A DNA stretch of 64,000 bases from Takakia lepidozioides (Eukaryota; Plantae; Bryophyta), in the NCBI GenBank assembly GCA_030704615.1, contig CM060732.1, positions 26,660,001 to 26,724,000 of the forward strand, given 5' to 3'. The notes under the pieces are model-generated. The model saw nothing but the letters and a program-made list of their open reading frames with translations. It was not told where the DNA came from and searched no databases. Below, one piece after another: positions 1 to 10,199 of this stretch. Position numbers and translations under genes: made by a program. The first letter of the stretch is position 1. Each line of letters opens with the position of its first letter.

Positions 1-2079
1 GCCCAATCCCATGATCGGAAGAGGGTGCAATTGTGGAGTAGGGGCGTTGAATGAAGCACGCACCCTGTCACACACCATGCACCTAGCCACAAATTGTTGC
101 ACCTCTGTGTGCATACCACGCCACCAATACTGCCCCTGCAGTAGACTATGAGTGCGTCGCACCCCAAAATGCCCCAACTCCTCATGGGCATGCCGCACTA
201 ACCGTGCCCGCTGTGTTGGGTGAGGCACAATCCTCACTCGACCATCCTCCCACACTCGGAGCAGGTGTGTCCCCTCCCACCTGAACCTCTTGGCTCGTTG
301 TAGGATCCGATCCCTCTCCTTGGCAGTCATAGTGGCTGCCGTGTCTCCACTGCGGAGGTAGTCCAACACAACTGAATCCTCATGTATATCTTTGGCGCCA
401 CCCTGCTCATTGCTGGCCTCAGGGTCCTCAGACACTTGATCTACAGTCATCCCTGTTGTAGGTCCAACCTGGCCTTCCGCTGCAAAGATACACAGAAATG
501 CAGATGCATGCCATCCGGGCACCATCTCCTCGTCCGTCTCACCATGCCACCGAGCTCCAGTGTCATCCTGCTGGCTCGTGCATGGATTGCGACTCAACCC
601 ATCTGCATTTCGATTGACCAAACCCGGTCGATGCACCACCTGAAAGTCATACTCTTGAAGGATGAGTGCCCACCGTGCAAGCTTCCCCGTAAGCTTGTCT
701 GACTCCATCAACCACTTGAGTGGTTGGTGATCCGTGACAAGGGTGAAGAGATTGCCGTATAGATAGCACCTGAAGTGTGCCACGGCCCACACTGCAGCTA
801 AGCATTCTCCCTCATATGAGCTATACTTAGACTCTGCAGCATTGTTCGAGCGGCTAGCATAAGCCACTACGAACTCTCTTCCCTCATCATCCACCTGTGT
901 GAGCACCGCTCCAAGCCCCAGCATGCTCCAATCTGTATGCAGCTGAAAAGGACGCCCCCTGATAGGTCGTCTCAAGATGGGCGCCGAGGTCAACCTCGCC
1001 TTGAGCTCTTGAAAAGCTTGTTCTTGCTCATCTTCCCACTGCCACTCCTGGTCCACCTTGGTCAGCTTGGTTAGAGCCTTTGCAATGGCACTAAATCCCT
1101 TAACAAACCGTCTGTAATAGTTTGCTAACCCCATGAAAGCTCGAACTCGGCTCACATCCGTGGGGCGTGGAACCTGTGCAATGGACTCTACCTTAGTCTG
1201 CTGTACCCCCAATCCTCCAGGATATATCATGTGACCCAGATACTCAATCTGGTTGTGGAAAAACTTGCACTTGCCCGGATGTAACTTCAATCCGTGCGTC
1301 CTCAAGCGCTCAAATACCCCCTGAAGGTGTCTCTCATGCTCCTCCACCGTAGCACTAAAGATGATGATGTCATCTATGTAGCACCGAGCAAACTCCACCC
1401 CTGCTAGAATCCTGTCCATGACTCTTTGAAACTCAGCGGGAGCGTTTTTAAGCCCAAATGGTAAGAACCGCCACTGGTATAGGCAATCCTTCCCGTGCTC
1501 ATTGATCCCCCAGAATGCCGTCTTTTGCTTATCCGCCTCCTTGATCGGCAACTGGTGATATCCGGATCGTAAATCCAACGTGCTAAAGACCTTGGAATGC
1601 CCAATGGCATCAAAGATCTCCTCTGGTGTTGGCATGGCATACCTATCGGACTTGGTCTGACGATTTACAGGCCGGTAATCACCGCACATACGTCTCTCCG
1701 TCCAATTGCCATAGACATCCTTCTTAGCTGGCATCACTGTGGCTGAAGCATACTCTCCACCAGAGAGCTCCACCAAACCTGCCTCCCAGAGATCTTGAGT
1801 CCTCATCTGAATCAAAGACCTCTCCATGTCACTGTATCTATAGGGTCTCCGAAAGATTGGCGTGTCAGTGGCCAACTCAATACGGATCTCTTGACCCTTC
1901 AGTGCTCCCAAGTCCTTCAAACTGAAGGCAAAGCAATTCCTGTAAGCCCTCAGGAACCGCCGTATACGTCGTCTCTCTCCTCCGGTGACAATGGGTCCAA
2001 TGTCAGGCTCCCAATTGTCCTCCGTAACTGCAACCTTAAGTCCAGTGGGCTTAGAGGTAGAGGACGCGTCCCGTGGTTG
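1..2079 (-). CDS. pol: Pol: reverse transcriptase - RNase H - integrase N-terminus (partial); in frame with ORF1 after one TAG
   Basis: Hand translation from 2079 to 1 gives 693 open codons. RT: RMCGDYRPVN, FSTLDLRSGYHQ, LPFGLKNAPAEFQ, CYIDDIIIFS. RNase H: LHTDWS, YEGECLA, TDHQPL, NADGLSR. Integrase Zn finger: HAHEELGHFG...CMVCDR. It is absent from the ORF track because it has no stop inside the window. Confidence 0.93.
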
Positions 2080-2082
2080 CTA
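2074..2082 (-). promoter_or_regulatory. Putative stop-codon readthrough signal UAG-CAA-CCA (UAG-CARYYA)
   Basis: Minus strand reads GTT GCA GCA TAG CAA CCA CGG GAC. It matches the tobamovirus-type CARYYA context, and the frame stays open afterwards into RT. Confidence 0.8.
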
Positions 2083-5000
2083 TGCTGCAACCTCTTGAGC
2101 AGTACCCCCTTCCTGCTCAGTCAATGACAAGGCCTCATCCTGCCCCATCATCTCATCATTGAGAACCTCCTCATCCCGAGAAGAATCCCCAACCTCATCC
2201 ATCACAGCTGCCTTCGCTGCCAACTCCCTCTGAACCTCGAGCACCTCCCACATGTGCCATGGATGTCTACACCTCGTGGTCCTCACCGGCTCGCCCCCAC
2301 TCGCTGCCTGTACCGTCTCGGTAGGCAGAGAGACTGTCAAGGGAAGTGCACTCCGCACTCTACGTTGCTCAGCCATAGCCAAGCTGACAATCCAGGTCAA
2401 GCAATTGAGATCCATTGCTTGCCCCAACACCTGACGACGTGATGCCTCAGAAAGAGAAGGCACCGCCGTGGTCCCAGTGGAAAACCCCATAGCCCGCTCT
2501 CGCTCGTCGGCATTAGGCTCCACTAACTGCTGCAACTGAGCATCCCACAGGAGGCCAGGTCCACCATCCCGAAAAGCATGGGATCCTGGGAAGCTGAGCA
2601 GTGTAGGTAATGCTGCTCGTGGTTGACCCACCCTGTTGACCACTGCCAAAGGCGAACGGTCATCGTGTCTCACACGTTGAGACTGCCTTCCTGTGTCCAA
2701 AATGCCATCCACGGTGAGGTGTGCTGGCCGCTGCACCCCATCAAATGCACGCTTGAGCAGTGCGGGTGGCATCAAGTTAGTCCACCATAGTCGTGGACGA
2801 TGAGCCCGTGACCCCACTGCAGCTGCATCCAGCAACACTGCTGACCCAAGCCACGACCGGACTTGATGCACACTGGCCATCACCCTGGCCCGAGAATCAC
2901 CCATCAGTGGTACATTCTCCAAGATGTATGCTGGAGATACAGCTTGATGAAGCTGCAAGCAGCGCAAAATCCGCACCATCTCCCAAAACAGACCCGTCCT
3001 CGAGTCTCGCAATCCATTGCCATGCCCGGCTGATGAATGCCCTTGGCAGGGCCAACCTGCCACTATCAGATCAATGGAGCCAACCTGCTCCAAATCTTGC
3101 GCCCCCAACAAGGAAATGTCTGCTGGCAAGGCTTGTTGGTATCCACGAACTGCAGACACAGGCAACAAGTCAGGGTACTGCTGTACCAACTGAGCCACAT
3201 GGCGCAGTGAGACGCGTCGTGCAGTCTCATCCCTCTCCACATACAGGTAACGCCTTACCCGCACACCTGCCTGTAGCACAGCAGCCAATCCGGTGCTGAT
3301 CCCGCCAAACAAGTCCAGAAGGCAAATGCCTTCATCCGGCCGCTGCCACACAAGAGGTGTGGTGTCCAATGGCGACAACTGAGGTGGCCCTGGTGCAATC
3401 ACCGCACTCTCCTCCTCTCCTGACGGTACAAAAGCTTCTTCCCAAGCTTGTTGCACCCGTCCATCAGCAGCTTGCTGCAAATCCTTGCTCGTACCCCACA
3501 ACGGAGTGTGAGCAACCATGGCAGGCAACTCCGCCGTACCATGCATGTCATCCTGCTCTGCTGGAGGTGGCACATCCTCTGCATGGGCATTGCCTTCCAG
3601 CAACTCTCCAGGCCAACTAACTGCAGCTGTGAAGGCGGCTAGTGTTGGCATCTTGCCCCGCTGGGCAGCTGCAATACCCCCAATGAATGTCACAGGGAGC
3701 TGTGCACGACGACCATCCCCTGACTGCCATCCAGGCCTGTAGGATGCTGACTCCTCCCAAAAATCCAGGGTGAAGCCCATGGGGTATAACACTGCCCCAC
3801 CAACGAGGACATCGTAAGAGACCGCGTCTGTCACAATGGCCTTGGCTCGCATCACTGAGCCATCTACAGGATGATCCGGCTGCAGTCTAATAGCCAACTG
3901 ATGCCGTGTCATGCCGCGAGCCTGCTCTGATCCTCCCAGAGATGTCTGTATCTGGAAAGGACAAGGCTCCATATCCGCCTCCATGAGGCCCAAACCTGCA
4001 ATAGCAGCTCTGCCCAACATCAGTGGCTGAGCTCCTGAGTCCAACAAGACCCGCAGTGGCCGGTACTTCTTGCCTGCCGGTCCACTCAAAGTGAAAATGC
4101 CTCCCTGGTTGTCTAACAAGACAACTCCAGGTGTCACCATGGCGCGCTCAATGGCTGGCCTAGCTGGCAGCTCCGTCAACCTGGCAGCTGCAGCTTGCCA
4201 TGGCGCAGCCGTGGCAGTCTTGACCCTCAAATCCGAGGATCCCTCTGCCACTACACCTTCCACTAACTCCGCAGAAGATGAAGTGACCTCCCCACTCTCA
4301 CAGAGTGTTGCTGCTAGTCTGAACACTGCAGCTGGTCTCACCCCCGGCGTCGCAATCATGGTTGCCGAGAACAGTGGGGCCTGACACACAGAGGTGGCTG
4401 CCCCCAATAACACACCGGCCGCACTAGCCTTGGCAGCAGGAGTCAATGCTGCACGTGTAGCTCTCCCCAATGGCATAGTAACCTCCGCCTCGGTAACAGT
4501 CGGGCGAGAACTAGGTGCCATGGATGGCGTCGACACAGTCTCCGCCAATGTGAATGACTGAGGAAGCCTTGCCTGACGGCTTGCCTCCCCACGCTGTGGA
4601 TCCAATTCCACCTCTGCACCTCGTGGCTCAGGAACTCGTGCTGCTCCTCGAGTCACGGCTGCAGCAGACTCCACCTGCTCTAGTGGTAGTGCTGCTCCGC
4701 ACATAAATCCCATGCCTCCCATATCTCCTCCCTCAGGAGCAGGAGGTGGACCATCCCGCCTGGGAGCCGGTACCGCCTGAGCTATAGCCATGGCAGCGAG
4801 CCTCTGCTCTAGCTGCTGAAGCCGGTTGGCCATGCCTTGATCAACACCCTGACCTCCGCGTCCTTGGCCATGTTGAGCTTGCCCTTGGCCTGCACCTCGT
4901 GCCCGACCACCTCGTCCTCTCTGGGCTGGTCCACCTCGCCCCCGGCCACCATTGTTCCCTTGGAACTGGCCTGGGCGCAACTCAGGATGCAAGTCATAAC

Positions 5001-6282
5001 ACTGGGCATCTCCATGCCCATACTTGCCACAATGCCCACACTGCAACTGTGCAGGCTGTGCTTGTGCCGGCCTTCTGCCACTCTCTGGGCAATCTCTCTT
5101 GACATGGGGTCCTCCACATGTCCAACATATCACCCCTGGTTGCTGTTGGCCTGCAAAAGATGCCACGGGCCTCTGCACCTGAGGTCCCCTGTAAGCTCCA
5201 TGGAACTTGGGCTGGGCAACCTTGCCCCCCTGACCACGCTGTTGGGCAGTCCCTTGTGCTTGTGGGCTGACAGCTGTGCCCCGTACAGGCATGTCCTTGC
5301 CAAATCCAATTGTAACAACTCGCTCCTCCACCATGTTGAGCTCAATCCGCTCAGCCAGCAGAAACACATCTGCTAATGTGGGTTGGGCTGCTTGTAACAG
5401 GGTTGCATCTCGCACCCTTCTCTTGAGCTCCTTGTCCAGAATTCCATACCAAAACTGGATTGCCTGAGCTTCAGTAACCCCTTGGGTCACACTTATCAAG
5501 CGCCTCATACGAGTGTACGCCTCTCGCAGGCTCTCACTGGGTTTGCGCTGGAAGTCTTGCAAACTTCGCAGCTTCTCTGTCCGTACACCTTGGTAGTTCC
5601 TCCGCAACTCCTGGAAGAACTCCACCACCGGGTTGAATCTAGGCACATGTGTTGTAGTTGTGGCAGGAGGAGTAGTAGCACCTTTTGAACTGGTACCACC
5701 TGCAGAAGTACCAGCACTACCTGCTCCACTACTAGTGCTGGCAGTGGGAGCTATTGGTACTGATGCAGCTACTGGTCGCGTCGTGCCTCGAGTAATGGAG
5801 ACGTAGTCAGGTGACCAATACATCCTCCACTCCTCAATCTCTGCTTCATGTCCTCGCCTGAACTCGTGGTAATCGTCCATAGGCGGGCCTTCCAAATGCT
5901 GGAACAGTCCCTTCCACGCCATGAATGGGGTGAATAGCTGTGGATTGCGCATCTGCTGCAAATCACACCAGCTGTCGAACTCCTGGATAAAGTCATCCAA
6001 CTCAATTGTGCCCACAGCTCCAGAGTACCTACGAGGCCCCTTGGTAGCTCCATACATCTCCTCCATGTCGTCCCACAACAATGGCGAATGAAAGTGCACA
6101 CCTGTTGATGAAGCCTCCGAGTCTGTGTCTGACTCTACAGTAGTTGAGGGTGGCGGTGAAGGTGGTCTGAACCGAATACCTCGTCTTGTGAACCCACTCT
6201 CACTGTTACTGCCTGTAGCCGTACTCCCCTCAAAACCCTTGGGTAACTCCGTAATGACACTCACAATGTGCACCTCCTCCAC
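2080..6282 (-). CDS. Gag - aspartic protease - C5 cytosine DNA methyltransferase polyprotein (first ATG at 6066, 1328 aa)
   Basis: Gag-like helical region (LRSLQDFQRKPSESLREAYTRMRRL...FWYGIL), knuckles CWTCGGPHVKRDC and CGHCGKYGHGDAQC, RGG-rich nucleocapsid-like segment, protease VLLDSGA (Asp at 4039-4041) with YDVLVG, then a complete MTase domain and an acidic tail. Confidence 0.92.
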   Translation of the reverse strand: MEEVHIVSVITELPKGFEGSTATGSNSESGFTRRGIRFRPPSPPPSTTVESDTDSEASSTGVHFHSPLLWDDMEEMYGATKGPRRYSGAVGTIELDDFIQEFDSWCDLQQMRNPQLFTPFMAWKGLFQHLEGPPMDDYHEFRRGHEAEIEEWRMYWSPDYVSITRGTTRPVAASVPIAPTASTSSGAGSAGTSAGGTSSKGATTPPATTTTHVPRFNPVVEFFQELRRNYQGVRTEKLRSLQDFQRKPSESLREAYTRMRRLISVTQGVTEAQAIQFWYGILDKELKRRVRDATLLQAAQPTLADVFLLAERIELNMVEERVVTIGFGKDMPVRGTAVSPQAQGTAQQRGQGGKVAQPKFHGAYRGPQVQRPVASFAGQQQPGVICWTCGGPHVKRDCPESGRRPAQAQPAQLQCGHCGKYGHGDAQCYDLHPELRPGQFQGNNGGRGRGGPAQRGRGGRARGAGQGQAQHGQGRGGQGVDQGMANRLQQLEQRLAAMAIAQAVPAPRRDGPPPAPEGGDMGGMGFMCGAALPLEQVESAAAVTRGAARVPEPRGAEVELDPQRGEASRQARLPQSFTLAETVSTPSMAPSSRPTVTEAEVTMPLGRATRAALTPAAKASAAGVLLGAATSVCQAPLFSATMIATPGVRPAAVFRLAATLCESGEVTSSSAELVEGVVAEGSSDLRVKTATAAPWQAAAARLTELPARPAIERAMVTPGVVLLDNQGGIFTLSGPAGKKYRPLRVLLDSGAQPLMLGRAAIAGLGLMEADMEPCPFQIQTSLGGSEQARGMTRHQLAIRLQPDHPVDGSVMRAKAIVTDAVSYDVLVGGAVLYPMGFTLDFWEESASYRPGWQSGDGRRAQLPVTFIGGIAAAQRGKMPTLAAFTAAVSWPGELLEGNAHAEDVPPPAEQDDMHGTAELPAMVAHTPLWGTSKDLQQAADGRVQQAWEEAFVPSGEEESAVIAPGPPQLSPLDTTPLVWQRPDEGICLLDLFGGISTGLAAVLQAGVRVRRYLYVERDETARRVSLRHVAQLVQQYPDLLPVSAVRGYQQALPADISLLGAQDLEQVGSIDLIVAGWPCQGHSSAGHGNGLRDSRTGLFWEMVRILRCLQLHQAVSPAYILENVPLMGDSRARVMASVHQVRSWLGSAVLLDAAAVGSRAHRPRLWWTNLMPPALLKRAFDGVQRPAHLTVDGILDTGRQSQRVRHDDRSPLAVVNRVGQPRAALPTLLSFPGSHAFRDGGPGLLWDAQLQQLVEPNADERERAMGFSTGTTAVPSLSEASRRQVLGQAMDLNCLTWIVSLAMAEQRRVRSALPLTVSLPTETVQAASGGEPVRTTRCRHPWHMWEVLEVQRELAAKAAVMDEVGDSSRDEEVLNDEMMGQDEALSLTEQEGGTAQEVAA
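2380..3330 (-). other. DNMT3-like C5-methyltransferase catalytic domain within the retrotransposon polyprotein
   Basis: Motifs occur in linear order: I LLDLFGGISTG, II YLYVERD, III ADISLL, IV IDLIVAGWPCQGHS (catalytic Cys 3046-3048), VI YILENV (ENV at 2911-2919), VIII AHRPRLWWTN, IX-X ERERAMGF...RRQVLGQAMD. They parallel DNMT3 motifs (LSLFDGIATG, GGSPCNDLS, FENV, AHRARYFWGN, EMERVFGF...RQRLLGRSW) and are not circularly permuted as in DRM. Confidence 0.92.
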
Positions 6283-7851
6283 GTGACACTATAAGGCTCT
6301 AGTACTAATCTAATAGTGACACGGGTGGGCACCTGTTGCAGTCTAAGGGTCATATCCCAATGGCTCAGGGCACCTGCACCTGCATCCACCGCAAGAACTC
6401 CTATGGTTGGCTGGTCATCAACCCAGCCTCACCATAGAAGAAACACTGGTGGTCTTGCTGGTCATCACTCCAGCCTCACCACCGACAGCATACTCTAGGA
6501 TTGACCGGTGATCAAATCCGGCCTAATCCCTATGAAAGCAAGCGCCCACACAAAACCAACATGGCGCACAGTCAAGCATGCAGGTGTTGGGGGGGATCCA
6601 AACACAAGAAATCAAAACATCAACACCCCCACACCAAAATCCAGCTGCAACGCTGATCCTGCAGAATATCCCAGCCCAAAACCCCGGACTGACTGGCCTC
6701 CACCAAGAGAGGCTTTGGCAACTACAAGTACAAGGTAATGAAAATAATACAGAGATGGAGGGGAAGAATAGAAGCCCGCCCAAGCAAGATCTAATCCTGA
6801 TCTATGCTATCAACTTCCAGACTTCTCTCAAAGTGCCTCGCTCTGCTTGATGGTAAGGTGTAGGAGGTATATCTATGTCCAGAAACCTGCCACTAACCTT
6901 GTCCCAAGCTACAGTAGCTCGCTCTAACCAATCCTCCTCCTCTTTCTGCCAGGTAGAGACAAAGCAATACTCCCCTATCTCCCGCTCGCTGAACACTAAA
7001 GAAAACAAAGGTAGGGTCTGATAGTCTCTCAACTCGAAAGCTTTGAGACGGTTGCGGGTGTCCTCATTGCGAATGACTGCATCTCCTTCACGCACAATAA
7101 ACATGTCATTGCTGATGAACCCCCGGTCGTGGTTGCCCTGTGCAGAGCGTATCCGGCTGCAACCATATCTGATTGCACAAACTTGCGTAGCTCCTGCTCC
7201 TCTGCTCCAGTACACCACGGCCTTGTGGCTGAACACCTTGGTCCCCGGAGCTGTCTTTGGCTGTGTTCCAAACCTAGCTTTCACCCACTTTGGTATTTCA
7301 CCTACAGCTGCAGAACTGCTGGCTCCAACAGAGTTCTGACTGTCCAAGGCGATATTGAGGCCCTCAATGCCAACTACAGCAGTCTGTTGTCTACTGCTAA
7401 TGCCTGACTCCCAGTATGCAATCAACTCGTCCAACTGTTCTCCACTCAAATCAGTCTGAGTTCCTTGGGAAACATAGATCTTGTCCCCTTGTGTGCACAG
7501 GCTAAGAGAAGAGACCTGCCCTTCAATTACGTCCTCATTTCCCCCAGCCATACAAGGAGTACATCCACAGGTTTGTCTCTCATATAGGCCAGCACAGGTT
7601 CTAGAAACAGGATTGTGGATATTTCGTGGCACACTCACACTCTAAAAATTCCATAGATTTTTAGCAGAGTCCCAAAAATAAAAACCAGGTCTAGATAGGT
7701 AGATTTTCCCTTTTTGCAGCTATCCCCTCAAAAACTGGGTCAAACAGAGTCCATTTGACAAAGATATGACCAATTAGGCTCTAAATCTTTTAAATTAGAT
7801 CAAAAGATTTTTATTTTATTTTTTTAACACCCAAACGTTCTCGTCATTACA
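6250..7851 (-). repeat. Candidate 5' LTR (~1.6 kb) of the DNMT-Gypsy element
   Basis: Minus strand begins TGTAATGAC (7851-7843) and ends GTCATTACG (6258-6250), an 8/9 terminal inverted repeat just upstream of the gag ATG. The second LTR is outside the window and no canonical PBS was seen. Confidence 0.4.
6802..7638 (-). CDS. Hypothetical protein upstream of gag, same strand (249 aa from ATG 7551)
   Basis: Uninterrupted 278-codon frame with a globular-looking C-terminal half. No recognisable motif. Confidence 0.45.
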   Translation of the reverse strand: MSVPRNIHNPVSRTCAGLYERQTCGCTPCMAGGNEDVIEGQVSSLSLCTQGDKIYVSQGTQTDLSGEQLDELIAYWESGISSRQQTAVVGIEGLNIALDSQNSVGASSSAAVGEIPKWVKARFGTQPKTAPGTKVFSHKAVVYWSRGAGATQVCAIRYGCSRIRSAQGNHDRGFISNDMFIVREGDAVIRNEDTRNRLKAFELRDYQTLPLFSLVFSEREIGEYCFVSTWQKEEEDWLERATVAWDKVSGRFLDIDIPPTPYHQAERGTLREVWKLIA

Positions 7852-9400
7852 ACCTGTTCCCAGGTTATCTACGGGTTCCCGAGGCCGTTCCCCGACTATG
7901 CTGACTCCGGGTCTTTGCTCTCACGGGACTTCATGTTCGTCATTGCCCAGGGAGAGAAGCAAGGCGGATGCAGACGAGGGCAGCGATGGCCAAGCCTGCG
8001 CGAGCAAGCAGGAACAAGGAGGTGGTGTGGGGTGTTGGCCGATTCGGCCGATCAAAGACCTGATCAAAGGGTTGCGCATGAGCAGCTTGCATGCTCGTCA
8101 ATCTCCAAAGCCATGCAGCAGAGATGCCTGCTCCTGGTTCTGCTCCGTCAGCTCCTACCAGCTCCTGCTCTTAAAGGTTGTCCACTCAACCTCTCTCAAG
8201 CTGAGCGACCTAGAGACTACAAACAACATGCTTCGGCATCTCTCGGGAATCCATGGCGCATGTGTTGCTTGTGAAGCCTTTGGTTCTGGTTAGTCCCAGG
8301 ATTTGCAGCTCAATTCAGCACCAGCTCCGACAAACCGCCTTCTTGCCTCTCCCTCTGAGATCTTGGCTGGCCGATACTGCCCGTTCCAGCTGGAGTCGGC
8401 ATTTTGTGTCTTCACAAAACCAAACAAAACCAAACTGCAGGAATTTGCGATTGCCTCGGTAAAGTGGAACTCAATCTGCAGCCGCTGGTGCAATGGGACC
8501 TTGCCAAGCAGCCCCTTCTTGATGTCAATCTGCAGCTCGCGCAAAGGAAGCGCAGCAAGAAAAACTCCTTCACAAATTGACGGCAGGCACCTCTTCCAAC
8601 ATGCACCACCTCAGCAGCAGCAAGGTCCAAGCCATTGGGTTTTTCATCAAAGGCGACAAGTGCAGTTACTGGGGAAATCTGCTCACCCTCAGCCTGCAGG
8701 TCCCCCTTTCTATATCAATTGCTCATACAACCCTTCTTAGAACCCTGTGTAGGAGCTTTCCGGATGTTTTTCCCTGCAGCCATGACGGACACTGTGAACG
8801 GAAGCTTGGCCTTCAACGCTACTGCCTGTTTGCGCTTCGAACATACGATTGTGATTTGCCCACCAAGCCAAGGTGTCTGCCACCGTACTCCCCCGCTGCA
8901 CGGATGGCATGCAGCTCAGTCTTTCAACCCGTTTTCTTCTGGTGGAATTCTGGCTCAAGCGGGGAGCTATTTCTGGAGCTGGTGTTTACCACCCTCCTAC
9001 AACTGGCAACGAGAGAAACCCTACCAGCTGCTATACAACAGTGGTTTCAGGACCTTTGTCCAAGTAGCTATGGATCCTTTACCCTGCACATCCTTTCGAC
9101 AAGATCATTGTGATCGAGGTCTGTCCTCAGAACCTCGCACTCGAACTAGATCGCAGCTTGCTTCTGCAGGTAGCTTGCAAGCGTGGAATCCCGTCTTCCC
9201 CTTTCAATCATAGGTTATGGTGAACACATTCTTCTGCTCCCCCCCCAAATCAACTTCCTCCAAAATACATCGCTCCTGTGCAACAACAACAAAACGGAAA
9301 ACACTTCTTGGACGAGCTTGGTATGGCTTATAACGAGTTGGAGAACCACGTTGTCATCAAGCATGCCGCTCTCTTCACCTCGACCATCGACATAGTGCTA
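7852..9400 (-). mobile_element. Degenerate coding-like remnant, possibly L1 LINE ORF1
   Basis: Broken frames include GGQITIVCSKRKQAVALKAKLPF and LRELQIDIKKGLLGKVPL...IEFHF, loosely like plant L1 ORF1 (DUF4283/zinc-knuckle region). Many stops. Confidence 0.3.
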
Positions 9401-9836
9401 ACATAAAAGAACTCTATCTAGCTTAGCACTACAAGAAAACTAGATACAGCTCATCTTTCTCGAGTGATAAGAAAGCTAAAAGGACACACACACTCCCAAC
9501 ACAAAAAAATATGAAATCCATCGCTATCACTCTTTAAAACAGAAGTCGAGCCAGGGGCACCCCAAGCTGTGGGGACTCCACCCCACAACAACCTACACTC
9601 CCATCATGAGCACACTCAGTCCTAAACGATGCAGGAGCTCGGTCGCGCAGGCTCAACTCGAGAAAGATGAGCCGCGCGACTGCCGCTCTCGTGAAGATAA
9701 GACGGACCAGGTGTCAAACTAAACTTGACACCTGATTTAACACTTGACCTAAATCCAAGTGTTAAATACAAATAACTAGTTTTATTCTAGCTGTTTTCAC
9801 ACTGTGCTTATTTAACTTGACAAGGGACCTCATGAT

Positions 9837-10080
9837 TTGGGCCGAACTGAAATCCTGCAACACGACATCATTACTGAAGGTAAGCCCATAAAGCAATATG
9901 TCTATCATGAGAGTGTTCGTGAAAGAGCGGTTATCCAAGAGGAAATAGCTCGCATATTTGACGTTGATGTTATCACCCCTTCCATTTCTCCCTGGGCTAG
10001 CCCTACTGTTTTGGGAGGCAAGAAAGATGGATCCACCCATTTTTGTGTTGATTTTCGCCGCTTGAATGCCATCACTAAGA
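9837..10080 (+). mobile_element. Gypsy reverse transcriptase N-terminal fragment
   Basis: HDIITEGKPIKQ...ITPSISPWASPTVLGGKKDGSTHFCVDFRRLNAITK, then an abrupt end. Confidence 0.8.
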
Positions 10081-10199
10081 ACCTACAACCCACACCCGAC
10101 CTATTCCCTAAGGTTAACCCAAGTAAGGCTTGGACAAGGGCGCTACCTTTCTCCTGCCCTGATCCTCATGATGTCTGATGCCCCCTCGCTCTGTCATCA

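Larger units (their letters stand above)
1..7851 (-). mobile_element. Ty3/Gypsy LTR retrotransposon carrying a DNMT3-like DNA methyltransferase (copy 1, apparently intact; 3' part beyond the window start)
   Basis: Minus-strand domain order is Gag with 2 zinc knuckles, aspartic protease (LLDSGA), C5-MTase, TAG, RT (YIDD), RNase H, then integrase HHCC finger. RT-RH-IN order is Gypsy-type. The 5' boundary is tentatively the TGTAATGAC at 7851. Confidence 0.92.

Noticed and set aside
2080-2082. TAG as an inactivating nonsense mutation
   Set aside because: It is conserved in the diverged second copy with a CARYYA context, and both flanking frames are otherwise fully open in copy 1.
2380-3330. Bacterial restriction-modification methyltransferase or contamination
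   Set aside because: The domain is fused in frame to Gag-protease, has DNMT3-like motifs, is present in two copies and is surrounded by intron-containing plant genes. No partner nuclease is present.
382-6101. Many short ORFs overlapping the retrotransposon in other frames or on the + strand
   Set aside because: Shadow ORFs of a GC-rich coding region with no motifs.
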